Origin: Chitinophagales bacterium
Lineage (GTDB): Bacteria; Bacteroidota; Bacteroidia; Chitinophagales; UBA10324
DNA: 64,000 nucleotides
Reading direction: 5' to 3'
NCBI GenBank assembly: GCA_038326325.1
Contig: JBBQJW010000008.1
Coordinates: 13,521-77,520 of the forward strand
Below the pieces are notes generated by a model. The model had not been told where the DNA came from. It made no database searches and saw only the letters and a program-made list of their open reading frames with translations. Of the stretch, positions 51,377 to 61,865 are shown piece after piece (within the stretch, counting starts at the first letter, position 1; each line of letters opens with the position of its first letter). Made by a program: the position numbers and the translations under genes.

Positions 51377-52171
51377 GTGATGAGAGAATATATAACCACG
51401 AAATTGATTAAGGCAGGGGAGCGAGTATCTCGTTCGAAATCGTGGATGCATTTAAAGAAAAAACATCCTAAAGTTCATGCGCTGATTAAAAGCAGAATTA
51501 CACTGAAAGATTTCAGTGGTCTTCCGATTTCGTTATTGGTAATTGCAATGGCAACAAATCTTTTATTGATCAGTCAGTTTGTAGAAGATGTCATTAACGA
51601 TAAGTCGTTCATTAACATTGACAATGCCGTTTCAAAAAAATTATTTTCGATTCGAAGCGAAAGCGTTGCTGATTTCTTTTATTGGTTCACACAGTTGGGA
51701 AGTGTAACAGTAGTGACAATTATTTCTATTGTTGTAATCGCAATCGCGCTTTGGAAACGGATGCCGCATTTAATTGTACCGCTACTAATTTCTGTTTTGG
51801 GATGCAGTCTGACAATGTATCTCGGTAAGAAAATTTTTAAAATACAGCGACCACACCAACTCGCTTATTATCACATTGATAATTATTCATTCCCTAGCGG
51901 GCATTCAGCTATTGCCGTTGCATTTTATGGATTGCTATTTTATTTTTTCATTCGTCATAATTTTTCATTCCGCACACGCATAATTTTATTTTTTTCAGCA
52001 ATTGTATTTGCACTGATGATTGGCTTCAGTCGGCTTTATCTCTGTGAACATTTTTTAAGTGATGTGCTCGCAGGATTTATGCTCGGTGGTTTATGGTTAT
52101 TAGTAAGTATCAGCACGCTCGAGTGGGAGCAATACAAATTGATGAAAAGAAAACCAGCCACATATTTGTAA
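51377..52171 (+). CDS. membrane PAP2 phosphatase
   Basis: K.....RP, SFPSGH and SRLYLCEHFLSDV motifs. Confidence 0.9.
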   Translation: MMREYITTKLIKAGERVSRSKSWMHLKKKHPKVHALIKSRITLKDFSGLPISLLVIAMATNLLLISQFVEDVINDKSFINIDNAVSKKLFSIRSESVADFFYWFTQLGSVTVVTIISIVVIAIALWKRMPHLIVPLLISVLGCSLTMYLGKKIFKIQRPHQLAYYHIDNYSFPSGHSAIAVAFYGLLFYFFIRHNFSFRTRIILFFSAIVFALMIGFSRLYLCEHFLSDVLAGFMLGGLWLLVSISTLEWEQYKLMKRKPATYL

Positions 52172-52389
52172 ATATTTCCAGGTAAAATTCAATCACATGA
52201 AATTTTCACTGACGGGATTCGTTCAGAACAATTTTTCATTATTCAATTAAATTCTTTATTCTAAATCAAATACTCGGGTTCCATTCTTGTAATGATATAT
52301 ATGCTCCGGAGATTCAATTATCATAATTCACTATAACAGGAATTTGATAACTATGATTTAACAGGGAAATTTTAAACAAAAAACTTAGG

Positions 52390-53343
52390 ATGAAAAAAAT
52401 GGCTCTCAGAATAATTTTATTATCAGTCGTGATTTTTATTCAATTTGGGGAAGTTTATTCCCAAAATTCCCCAATTGATTCTTTACTGAAAACACCAACT
52501 GATACTGTTACACTAATTCCCGGAAAAGATTCCACAGTAAAAGCTCAATCTTCGATTCATCCATACAAAATAAGATTTTGGCTGAGTGGAGGTATTTCAG
52601 TAATAGGATCAATAGGCGATTATTACGCGATACCACGAATACTCGGAAAGAAAAAAATTACAGACGAAGAACTTGCGGCGTTAAACCCATCAATTCTAAC
52701 CCGACTCGACCGCTGGGCTCTAATGCAAGACCCAACCAAGCGTGTTTACTTCGACCACATGTCCGATAATGTGATAACTGGAATTTTTCTTCTACCTGTT
52801 ACACTTGCTTTTGATAAAAATATTCGTCACGACGGATTGAAATTGCTCCTCATGTATTACGAAAGTCAGGCAGTCACTTTCAGTATTTTCAATTACAGTT
52901 TTCTTGGACCAACCTTCCAGAATAAATTTCGACCAATGACATATTACACCAGTATTCCTGTTGGTGACAGAAATATCGGCAACAACCGCAATTCATTTTT
53001 TGCGGGCCATGTATCATCAGCAACTGCGGCTTCTTTTTTCATGGCGAAAGTTTATTGCGACTATCATCCGAACCTTGGTGCGAAAAAATATTTAATATAT
53101 GCAGCGGCAACCGTTCCTTCCCTTGCAATGGGTTATTTAAGAATGCGGGCGCTAAAACATTTTCCTTCAGATATACTTGCTGGAATGACCGTCGGTGCTG
53201 TATGCGGAATTGCAATTCCTGAGTTGCATGCTCTGAAATACAAACATTTGAAACTCGCATTCTTCGCTTCACCAAAGGGAGCAAGCGGATTGACAATGAA
53301 CTGGAATCTCGCTGAAGGAACGAACAAAAAATTAAAATCATAA
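52390..53343 (+). CDS. PAP2 family protein with signal peptide
   Basis: FRP, SFFAGH and R....KHFPSD motifs. Confidence 0.88.
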   Translation: MKKMALRIILLSVVIFIQFGEVYSQNSPIDSLLKTPTDTVTLIPGKDSTVKAQSSIHPYKIRFWLSGGISVIGSIGDYYAIPRILGKKKITDEELAALNPSILTRLDRWALMQDPTKRVYFDHMSDNVITGIFLLPVTLAFDKNIRHDGLKLLLMYYESQAVTFSIFNYSFLGPTFQNKFRPMTYYTSIPVGDRNIGNNRNSFFAGHVSSATAASFFMAKVYCDYHPNLGAKKYLIYAAATVPSLAMGYLRMRALKHFPSDILAGMTVGAVCGIAIPELHALKYKHLKLAFFASPKGASGLTMNWNLAEGTNKKLKS

Positions 53344-53356
53344 AAATTAAAATCAC

Positions 53357-53551
53357 ATGAACTTAAAAAGAATTTTTGGCGGTATACTTACTACAGCAGG
53401 AATTGTCGGATTGATTTATGGAGCAGTACTATTCATGAATACAGGGGGCGCACAGCGCGATATCAGAGGAATAATAATTTTTGCATTACTGGGAATTGTT
53501 TTCTTCATAACTGGCATTAGTTTAATAAGAACAACAAAAGACGAATCTTAA
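53357..53551 (+). CDS. small two-TM protein
   Basis: MNLKRIFGGILT...GISLIRTTKDES. Confidence 0.75.
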   Translation: MNLKRIFGGILTTAGIVGLIYGAVLFMNTGGAQRDIRGIIIFALLGIVFFITGISLIRTTKDES

Positions 53552-53558
53552 ATTATTT

Positions 53559-55673
53559 ATGGATATAGCAACTCAGGATTATTCGAAACTTTCCGAAGAG
53601 GTAAAAAAATATGTGCGATCATTTTTTAATGATATTACAAGTAGTCGCTATAAGTATCACAACCTTGCTCATACTGAAAGCGTGGTTGCTGCCGCAAACC
53701 AGATAGCAGATCATTATAAACTGAACGAGCATGATTTATTTATTGTGAATGCAGGTGCTTGGTTTCACGATGTCGGTTACTTTACGGTGCTCGAAAACCA
53801 CGAAGAAAAAGGTGTTGCCATCGCCGAAAACTTTTTTAAAGACAAAGGGCTTGATGCAGACACGATTGCTGGAGTGAAGAACTGTATTCTCGCCACACGC
53901 ATTCCGCAGAAGCCAACTAATTTATTAGAGCAAATTATTTGCGACGCAGATTTATTTCATCTGGGTACTGATAAATTTATGGAGCGCAACAAGGAAGTGC
54001 GCAACGAAATAGAAGAACTTACCGGAAACAAGATAAAGAAAAAAGTCTGGCGCGAACAGAGTATTGAATTGCTGGAAGGTCATCATTACTTCACAGACTA
54101 TTGCAATCAGTTACTCGAAGCAAAAAAAAAAGAAAACCTAAAAGCGCTGCAAACGATGAAAGAAAACGCGCCTGAAAAAAAACATGCACATCAGGATGAA
54201 GAAAAAAAACATGGGCATCATCACTCCGACAAAAAAAAACATTCACATCCAGAGTCAGAAATTGTGATTGACCAAAAAAAATCGAAGAGCGAAATAAAGG
54301 AGGACGAAAAGATTGAAAGTTTAAGAGCGAAAGATGCACCTGCCGATAAAGGAGTTCAAACCATGTTCAGAATCACATCGGGAAACAACCAGAAACTAAG
54401 TGATATGGCAGACAACAAGGCCCATATCATGATAACGGTGAATTCAATTATTCTCTCTGTAGTTATCGGAGTTTTATTCCGCAAACTCGACCCCGACAAT
54501 TCAATTGTCTATCCTACAATGCTCTTTATCGCAATCAGTTTAGCAACAATCATATTCGCTATTCTCGCTACGCGCCCATCCATTCCAAACGGAATATTTA
54601 CAAAAGAAGATATTACGAATAAAAAAGTGAATCTTCTGTTCTTCGGAAATTTTTATAAGATGTCCCTCGAAGATTATACCGAAGGCATGTTCCATGTGAT
54701 GGAAGACCGAAGTTTTCTTTACTCCTCACTCATCAAAGATGTGTACGCACAAGCTGTTGTGCTCGGTCGTAAGTATCGTCAGTTGCGTATCTCTTACAAC
54801 ATTTTCATGTTTGGGTTAATCGCCTCAGTACTCGGTTATGTAATCGCTTTAATGTTTTTTACCCCCGAACCGTTACAGACAGTTCTCCAAACAAATCTGT
54901 ATAAAAACCCTACTGGCTACGACCTCTCACAACCCGAAAAAATTTCATTGCCATCTGCTTTAAACGAAGTGTCGGGCATAGCATTCAATAAAGGAAATTC
55001 CGATACAATTTATGCCCAGCAAGATGAAAATTCATTGCTATTTCATTTTCAATTAGGTGATAAAAATGAATTCACCACAAAATTTGGAAAGAAAGGCGAT
55101 TACGAAGACCTTACAATTTGCAAAAGAAATGTTACACTGTTACGCAGTGATGGAGTGCTTTTTACTTTTCCACTCGGAGAGGCAAATCAATCAGAGTTAA
55201 CTGATGCAAAAGAATGGGATAATTTGTTGCCTGGTGCCGAATACGAAAGCATGGCATCCATTGAATCAACAGGAGAAATATTCGTTTTGTGCAAGCACGA
55301 TAAAGGAAGCAAAGACGAAAAATCAAAAGGATATATTTTCAAACAGGCATCCGACGGCAGTATCATCTCCTCCGGAAAATTCAATATCGACTGGGACGAA
55401 ATAGCAGCAAAAACAGGTGACAAGAAAACTGATTTCCGTCCATCAGGAATGGCGTTGAATCCGTGCACAAACGAGTGGTATATTATTTCATCAGTCAACA
55501 AACTTCTAGTTGTTACCGATCCCAATTTTAAAGTTAAAGAAGTTTATTCTCTCAAGCCAACTACCTTCCGTCAACCCGAAGGCATTGCGTTCGACGACGA
55601 TTGCAATCTATATATTTCTAACGAAAAAACTGCAAACACAAAACCATCCATTCTAAAGTTTACTTATCAATAA
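53559..55673 (+). CDS. fusion: HD domain, His-rich linker, DUF5706/Pycsar-effector-like TM domain, SdiA-regulated-like propeller
   Basis: YHNLAHT/FHDVG/CDADL; LSDMADNKAHIMITVNSII...KYRQLRISY; EVSGIAF/GDYEDL/QPEGIAFD. Confidence 0.8.
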   Translation: MDIATQDYSKLSEEVKKYVRSFFNDITSSRYKYHNLAHTESVVAAANQIADHYKLNEHDLFIVNAGAWFHDVGYFTVLENHEEKGVAIAENFFKDKGLDADTIAGVKNCILATRIPQKPTNLLEQIICDADLFHLGTDKFMERNKEVRNEIEELTGNKIKKKVWREQSIELLEGHHYFTDYCNQLLEAKKKENLKALQTMKENAPEKKHAHQDEEKKHGHHHSDKKKHSHPESEIVIDQKKSKSEIKEDEKIESLRAKDAPADKGVQTMFRITSGNNQKLSDMADNKAHIMITVNSIILSVVIGVLFRKLDPDNSIVYPTMLFIAISLATIIFAILATRPSIPNGIFTKEDITNKKVNLLFFGNFYKMSLEDYTEGMFHVMEDRSFLYSSLIKDVYAQAVVLGRKYRQLRISYNIFMFGLIASVLGYVIALMFFTPEPLQTVLQTNLYKNPTGYDLSQPEKISLPSALNEVSGIAFNKGNSDTIYAQQDENSLLFHFQLGDKNEFTTKFGKKGDYEDLTICKRNVTLLRSDGVLFTFPLGEANQSELTDAKEWDNLLPGAEYESMASIESTGEIFVLCKHDKGSKDEKSKGYIFKQASDGSIISSGKFNIDWDEIAAKTGDKKTDFRPSGMALNPCTNEWYIISSVNKLLVVTDPNFKVKEVYSLKPTTFRQPEGIAFDDDCNLYISNEKTANTKPSILKFTYQ

Positions 55674-55732
55674 TTTCCACGATAATCCATTTTGTAATAC
55701 AAACTGAAAAAAATTTCTGAAGCTATTTTTTT

Positions 55733-56533
55733 TTAGATTAAATGCAATATGGCGTTTTTCAGTTTTCTCTTTGCCGATTCCCATTCAATTCCTGCTCCAA
55801 CCAACAATGAACTATTGCTGCCATAACCAATTGCAAAAGATAATAACCAGCCATTTTTAAAGGCATAACCATAACCTGCTGAAAAATCATTTTGTTGTTC
55901 TGAAAAAGATCTGTTTCCATAAACCTCGCAAAAAAGAAGACTCTTACTTACAGGAGTAAAAATGGTGGCAATGCCATAATCAAATAAATTATAAACTGTT
56001 ACACCTTTAGGTTTCCCAATTATTGTATAGCCAAGATTAATAGTTGTAAAAAATTTACCTGTAGTTTTATTAGCGATAAACAATGGTGTAAAATCAATTT
56101 TTCCGGTTCCGATTAATTCATTTCGGGCGGTTGGAAATTTTGTTTCCAGTGCAATCGAAAAAAAAGGGCGAATTTTATTTTCTTCAACCACTTTCAGAAA
56201 CAATGTTAATTCCGCATCCCCTAAACCGGTGGCGGATGCACCACTATCCGGGTCTATACTGGTAACAACAGGCACTTCAGTTGAAATCATAAACTCTTTT
56301 GATAGCCGGTACTTCACATTTGCATTCCACGAAAATTCTTTAAGGTCTGTTTGTTTTCCAAATTCAAAAGTTGTTTCAAGATGAATTTGATGAGCATCCA
56401 AAGGTTTTGCATCATCGGTTTTCAGATTTTGCCCTTTAGACTTAAAAGAAAATAAATTGCCTAAAATCATAAACATGAAAAATGCCCGTGATGTCATCAA
56501 TCTGTTACAGTCAACTCTTAATTTAAAATTCAT
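55733..56533 (-). CDS. putative beta-barrel 'transporter' family protein
   Basis: GLGDAEL...KFPTA...GTGK.D...NLGY. Confidence 0.6.
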   Translation of the reverse strand: MNFKLRVDCNRLMTSRAFFMFMILGNLFSFKSKGQNLKTDDAKPLDAHQIHLETTFEFGKQTDLKEFSWNANVKYRLSKEFMISTEVPVVTSIDPDSGASATGLGDAELTLFLKVVEENKIRPFFSIALETKFPTARNELIGTGKIDFTPLFIANKTTGKFFTTINLGYTIIGKPKGVTVYNLFDYGIATIFTPVSKSLLFCEVYGNRSFSEQQNDFSAGYGYAFKNGWLLSFAIGYGSNSSLLVGAGIEWESAKRKLKNAILHLI

Positions 56534-56796
56534 TGGATATTACTAATCATAATAAAACACACATTATGCCATGTGATGACTAACTGATTACCAATAACAG
56601 AAATGAAGTCTGAAAAATATTTTGAAGAAAAATTTAGCGTAACGGTTTAATTAATTCAAACTATATTTTTCGTTCACTGCTTTTTTTCCACCCACGCGTA
56701 GGACTCTTTTCTCAATTGGGTTTTATTTTTAGAAAACGACGAGGAAATAAGAAAAGTACTTATTAATAAATTTCGCAGCCAGGTAACGCTTAAGAA

Positions 56797-57567
56797 CTAC
56801 AACTTAAAATTTAACCCAACCATTAAAGCTGCAGTCGCGTTGTGGGTACTGCTTCTTCCATCATTATAAAAATTAACTGCTGGTAAACCAAGGTAGCTAA
56901 CTGTTACATCTTTATTTTCCACATCAGAAAACCCGTAATCAAAACGAAGGTGAGCAGTCACTTCAAAGTGAGAAAAAATATTCAACCCCCCGCCAAGTGC
57001 AAGTATGCCATCAAGTGTAAGAGGTTTGTATAAGTCTTTCGGTTCAATGTTGGTGTTAGGATAAGTATGGTCTTTGCCGTTTACTTCCTGTGCCACTCCC
57101 TGAAGAAAATTCAATTGCGGACCAACCAGGCAATTGAAATAGGCAACTTTACTTCTATCTGAAGAAAGCGAAAGCATTAGCGGCACTTTAATAAAATTTA
57201 ATTCTGCAAGCGCCGTGTAATTTCCGGTTACGATTTCCCCTGCCAAAAAGGATTGCAACGCAACTTCACTACTGTAATTATTATTTTCTGAGGCACCGTT
57301 TATATTTCCGGTAAATGCCTGCCCCTCTCTTGAAAAAAGAATATCAACCGCAAACCCGATGTGATTCATATTATATGCCGTTCCGAACCCGAATGATGCA
57401 TAACCGAAATGCTTTGCATAATCTAATTCATCACCTGCATTTGCATCAGTTTTATTTAATAGCGCAGTAAACTCCGGGTTTAATCTTAATCCAAATGACA
57501 AATTGTTTTGTGCATTTGATTGCGTAAAGACGAATGTGACTGCAATCAGCAGTATAGTTTTTTTCAT
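56797..57567 (-). CDS. outer membrane beta-barrel (PorT-like) protein
   Basis: Signal peptide; FIKVPLML, GPQLNFL, RFDYG; terminal FKL. Confidence 0.75.
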   Translation of the reverse strand: MKKTILLIAVTFVFTQSNAQNNLSFGLRLNPEFTALLNKTDANAGDELDYAKHFGYASFGFGTAYNMNHIGFAVDILFSREGQAFTGNINGASENNNYSSEVALQSFLAGEIVTGNYTALAELNFIKVPLMLSLSSDRSKVAYFNCLVGPQLNFLQGVAQEVNGKDHTYPNTNIEPKDLYKPLTLDGILALGGGLNIFSHFEVTAHLRFDYGFSDVENKDVTVSYLGLPAVNFYNDGRSSTHNATAALMVGLNFKL

Positions 57568-57605
57568 GAATTTGATTTTGAAATTGTAATGAAATTATTA
57601 CAATA

Positions 57606-57669
57606 CAAATGTCATTTCAGGAAGTTGGCCAGTGTTACAGTATTCGAATTAAAGGTTACACAATTCACT
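57606..57669 (-). promoter_or_regulatory. regulon promoter G
   Basis: AGTGAATTGTGTAAC...CTGTAAC...GACATTTG. Confidence 0.72.
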
Positions 57670-57743
57670 CTTTTCAAATCGACTCAAAAAAATCAAATGA
57701 ATAATTCACTATTCGCGGCGCATCTCTTGATATACACTAATTA

Positions 57744-60700
57744 ATGCGCAAAAAATTCTCCCTTTTACTATTTCTCTCTTTCTTCTTTGTTTCGTTACAC
57801 GCCCAGGATTCTGTATTACACCGCGTTATCTTCATGGGCAATGCAGGCGAAATCAGCCCGGAGCAGCAATCAATTATAAATTCTGCAGTTGGAGTTGTGC
57901 TGCCAAACAAGACCATTGTCATGTATCTTGGGGAAAATATTCTACCAAATGGGTATGGGTTAACAGCCGATAAGCAAGCACAATCAATAAAAATTTTAGA
58001 CTCCCAATACAAAATATTCCGAAGCGCGGGTGTGCCTGTTTACTTCACCCCCGGAGAAAGCGATTGGGACAACGGCGGACCTGACGGAATGGAAAAATTA
58101 AAACTGCAATCAGAACATCTTTCTTCGCAAAGCGATTCCGGTTTACAGATGCTACCAACTAACGGCTGCCCCGACCCGGTTGAAATAAATATCTCTGATA
58201 GTTTATCCATCATCGCGTTCGATTCAGAGTGGTGGCTGTATCAGTTCGATAAATCAAACGATGAAGCTGATTGCAATTGCACCACAAAACAGGAAGTTGT
58301 TGATGCACTCGCCGATTTAATTAATCATAATCGTTACAAAATAATTTTATTGGTGTCGCATCATCCATTTCAAAGTCAGGGTGTACGCGGCGGTCATTTT
58401 TCGTTGCGCGATAATTTATTTCCCCTCACCGTATTGAATAAATATCTCTTCATCCCCTTGCCGGTTGTTGGTTCGCTATATCCTTTGTACATGAAAATAT
58501 TTAATACCCCGCAGGATTTAAATCATCCGCTATATCAGAAAATGATTAATCAGGTTGATGCACTTATTTCAGGAATGCCTAATGTGATTCATGTTGGGTC
58601 GCATGAAGCCGGAATGCAGTTTATAAAAAATAAACAAACACAGGTTGTAACAGGCATCGAAGGCAAGCGCAGATTTTTAAAACGAAATAAACACGCGCTC
58701 TATCGCGAAAGCAATCCCGGATTTGTAACGGCGGATTTACTTCCCGGAAATAATCTGCGATTCACATACTATGTGTTGCACGATACAACTGTAACAGTTG
58801 GTTACACTTACACCCAATCATTCATAAGTTACAAGCAGAAAGAAGATTCCGCAATTCATCAATTTGATAAAGACAGCATTCTAACTCCCGCACTTGCAAA
58901 ATTTGATAGTGTAACAGATTTGCATCGCACACTTTTCGGTGAAAATTATCGAAAGGAATGGTCACTGCCTGCTGAACTTCCTGTAATAAAATTATCTGAA
59001 ATAAAAGGAGGATTAATTGTTGTCGCAAGAGGCGGCGGTCAGCAAACACATTCACTCCGGCTGAAAGACAAGCAAGGAAATGAATGGGCGCTTCGCAGTG
59101 TAGAAAAATTCCCTGAAACTATTTTACCGGAAGTGCTGAAGAATTCTTTTGTAAAAACAATTTTAAGAGATGCAATCAGTGGAGAAAATCCGTATGGCTC
59201 TTTGATGGTTCCCGTGCTGTCGGATGCTGAACACATTCCGCACACCAATCCCATCATCGGTTATGTTTCGCCCGATACTTTGTTAGGGGCCTTCAACTCT
59301 CAGTTCGCAAACACGATTTGTTTGTTGGAAGAAAGAGAACCGCTCGGCAAATCCGACAACACTTTCAAGATGCTCGACAAATTGAAAAGTGATAACAATA
59401 ATAGCGTTGACGACACTACTTTCCTTCGCGCGCGCCTCCTCGATTTATTCATTGGTGATTGGGATCGACACGAAGGACAATGGCGCTGGGTGGATATTGA
59501 CACAGGCAACGGAAAAAAATATATTCCTGTTCCGAAAGACAGAGACCAGGCATTTTCCCTCAACGAAGGATTTCTGCCAACCATTGCATCACGCAAATGG
59601 CTACAGCCAAAACTCAGAGGATTCAAACCGTATATCAAGGCACTCGATTATTCTTTTTTCAACGGAAAATATCTGAATGGCGAACTGCTTAATCAAATCA
59701 ATTATGAAGAGTGGATGAACATCACACACAAATTTGTCGTGGCGCTTACCGACAGCGTACTTGAAGAGTCAATAAAAAGACTTCCAGAATCAGTTTATAA
59801 TATTAGTCATGATGAACTGCTGATGAACATGCAATTCCGCCGCAACAATCTCGAACCTGCGATGAAGCAATATTATTTATCACTCAATAAAATTGTCGAT
59901 ATACAATGTTCAAACAAAGATGAACGAATTGAAATAAAAGATTCTGCAGACAATTCATTATCAGTTTCAGTTTATAAAAGTATTGCCGACGGAAGTCAGT
60001 TGCTCTATCACCGAACATTTACTCCAACCGTTACACACGAACTCCGGCTTTACATTTATAAAGGCGACGACTCACTCATCATCAATAATAAAACCTCACA
60101 CATCAAACTGCGAATTGTTGGGGGTGGAGGAAAAAAACATTTCAATATTATAACCGCCAAGAAAAAAGTTAATGTTTATGAAAAGAAATCAAACTCAATT
60201 GTCGAAGGAAAAAAACATCGAATGATAAAACATTTTTCCAACGACAGCTTGAATACGAAGTATGTTCCAACCAACCGTTACAATGTTACACTTCCCCTCG
60301 TTACATTCGGATTCAATGTGGATGACGGAGTATTGCTCGGCGGCGGTTTTAAATACATTTATCAGGGTTTTCGCAAAACTCCTTATGCAGGGATACAACA
60401 GTTAACAGGAGCATTCGCATTTTCCAATCAGGCATTCAATATTAAATACAAAGGCGAATGGATAAGAGCCGTAGGAAGATCTGATTTCATTTTAGACGCA
60501 AACTCATATCTGCCTTCAAAAACTCAAAATTATTTTGGAAGTGGGAATGAAACACAATTCGACGCTATAAGTGAGAAAAAAAATTACTACAAGAGTAGAA
60601 TGAATCATTTCAATTTCGACCCTGCGCTGAGATGGAAAAATAAAACCGGAACAAGCATCACCATTGGACCTTCACTTCAATATTCAAAATTGGATACCAG

Positions 60701-61337
60701 TTTTGATGGTGCGCTTCTTCGCAATACTGCGCTCATTCATACTTATGATAGTACAACTTTATCAAATGAAAAATGGCATGGCGGATTGGTGATGAATTTC
60801 ATCAACGACAAAAGAAGTGAAGCACTTCTTCCTGCGTGGGGTTCTTATATCAATCTGAGATTACTTGCATACAAAGGATTAAATAATTATTCCAAATCAT
60901 TTGCACAACTCTCAGGCGAAATTGATTTATATAAAAGTGTAAATCATCGCTCAACAATTATCGTTGTCGAACGAATTGGTGGAACTGTAACAGTGGGTCA
61001 TCCTGCTTTTTATCAAACGGCGTTTGTTGGCGGCCGCGAAAATTTAATGGGCTATCACCTGAATCGTTTTTCGGGTCAACATTCTCTCTATAACAATGTT
61101 GAACTTCGAATCAAGCTCGCAGATTTTGCTTCGTACATCGTGCCTGGTCAGTTGGGGTTGATTGGCTTTTATGATATAGGCAGAGTATGGGAAGCAAATG
61201 AAACATCTGTAGTATGGCACAATGGTTATGGTGGAGGAATTTATTTCGCCCCAGCCCGCATCATCGTCATTCGCGCTGAAGTTGCTTTTTCTGTTGAAGG
61301 ATATTATCCAACTGTTACACTCGGCTTCCGGTATTGA
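57744..61337 (+). CDS. Omp85/BamA-TamA family protein with N-terminal metallophosphoesterase-like and central kinase-like domains
   Basis: C-terminal LMGYHLNRFSG...ELR...YDIGRVW...GFRY; central GDWDRH and DRDQAF motifs. Confidence 0.82.
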   Translation: MRKKFSLLLFLSFFFVSLHAQDSVLHRVIFMGNAGEISPEQQSIINSAVGVVLPNKTIVMYLGENILPNGYGLTADKQAQSIKILDSQYKIFRSAGVPVYFTPGESDWDNGGPDGMEKLKLQSEHLSSQSDSGLQMLPTNGCPDPVEINISDSLSIIAFDSEWWLYQFDKSNDEADCNCTTKQEVVDALADLINHNRYKIILLVSHHPFQSQGVRGGHFSLRDNLFPLTVLNKYLFIPLPVVGSLYPLYMKIFNTPQDLNHPLYQKMINQVDALISGMPNVIHVGSHEAGMQFIKNKQTQVVTGIEGKRRFLKRNKHALYRESNPGFVTADLLPGNNLRFTYYVLHDTTVTVGYTYTQSFISYKQKEDSAIHQFDKDSILTPALAKFDSVTDLHRTLFGENYRKEWSLPAELPVIKLSEIKGGLIVVARGGGQQTHSLRLKDKQGNEWALRSVEKFPETILPEVLKNSFVKTILRDAISGENPYGSLMVPVLSDAEHIPHTNPIIGYVSPDTLLGAFNSQFANTICLLEEREPLGKSDNTFKMLDKLKSDNNNSVDDTTFLRARLLDLFIGDWDRHEGQWRWVDIDTGNGKKYIPVPKDRDQAFSLNEGFLPTIASRKWLQPKLRGFKPYIKALDYSFFNGKYLNGELLNQINYEEWMNITHKFVVALTDSVLEESIKRLPESVYNISHDELLMNMQFRRNNLEPAMKQYYLSLNKIVDIQCSNKDERIEIKDSADNSLSVSVYKSIADGSQLLYHRTFTPTVTHELRLYIYKGDDSLIINNKTSHIKLRIVGGGGKKHFNIITAKKKVNVYEKKSNSIVEGKKHRMIKHFSNDSLNTKYVPTNRYNVTLPLVTFGFNVDDGVLLGGGFKYIYQGFRKTPYAGIQQLTGAFAFSNQAFNIKYKGEWIRAVGRSDFILDANSYLPSKTQNYFGSGNETQFDAISEKKNYYKSRMNHFNFDPALRWKNKTGTSITIGPSLQYSKLDTSFDGALLRNTALIHTYDSTTLSNEKWHGGLVMNFINDKRSEALLPAWGSYINLRLLAYKGLNNYSKSFAQLSGEIDLYKSVNHRSTIIVVERIGGTVTVGHPAFYQTAFVGGRENLMGYHLNRFSGQHSLYNNVELRIKLADFASYIVPGQLGLIGFYDIGRVWEANETSVVWHNGYGGGIYFAPARIIVIRAEVAFSVEGYYPTVTLGFRY

Positions 61338-61451
61338 TAAATCAGAATTTTAATTGAATGAGAATGAATCGTCACTAATTCTATTGTGAAAATTACATTT
61401 GCGATTCCAATGGAATATTCCTAAACAATTTTGAAACAAAGAATTTAAACT

Positions 61452-61865
61452 ATGTGGTGGATTTTCGCTTTGCTTTCCGCACTGTTTGCAGCACTCACTG
61501 CCATCTTTGCTAAGGTCGGTATCAAAAATGTAAATACTGATTTGGCAATTGCCATTCGCACCGTTGTGATTTTAATTTTAACATGGGGCATTGCTTTTTT
61601 TCGCGGAGGAATAAATACTTTTAATACACTTACTAAATACAATTGGTTATTTCTGGTTTTATCCGGAATAACCACTGGGCTTTCATGGATATTTTATTTC
61701 AAAGCATTACAAATAGGTAAAATTTCTCAGGTTGCTCCGGTTGATAAATTGAGTCTTGCGTTGGTAATTATTTTTTCCGTAGTATTTCTTGGCGAGGCAC
61801 TTACATTGAAAACAGCAATTGGCGCGGGCTGCATTATAGCCGGAACATTGGTCTTGGTTTTCTGA
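61452..61865 (+). CDS. EamA family transporter (single domain)
   Basis: FALLSALFAALTAIFAKVG...VAPVDKLS. Confidence 0.92.
   Translation: MWWIFALLSALFAALTAIFAKVGIKNVNTDLAIAIRTVVILILTWGIAFFRGGINTFNTLTKYNWLFLVLSGITTGLSWIFYFKALQIGKISQVAPVDKLSLALVIIFSVVFLGEALTLKTAIGAGCIIAGTLVLVF

Noticed and set aside
53559-55673. A complete Pycsar defence system
   Set aside because: No pyrimidine cyclase gene is adjacent; only the effector-like domain is present.
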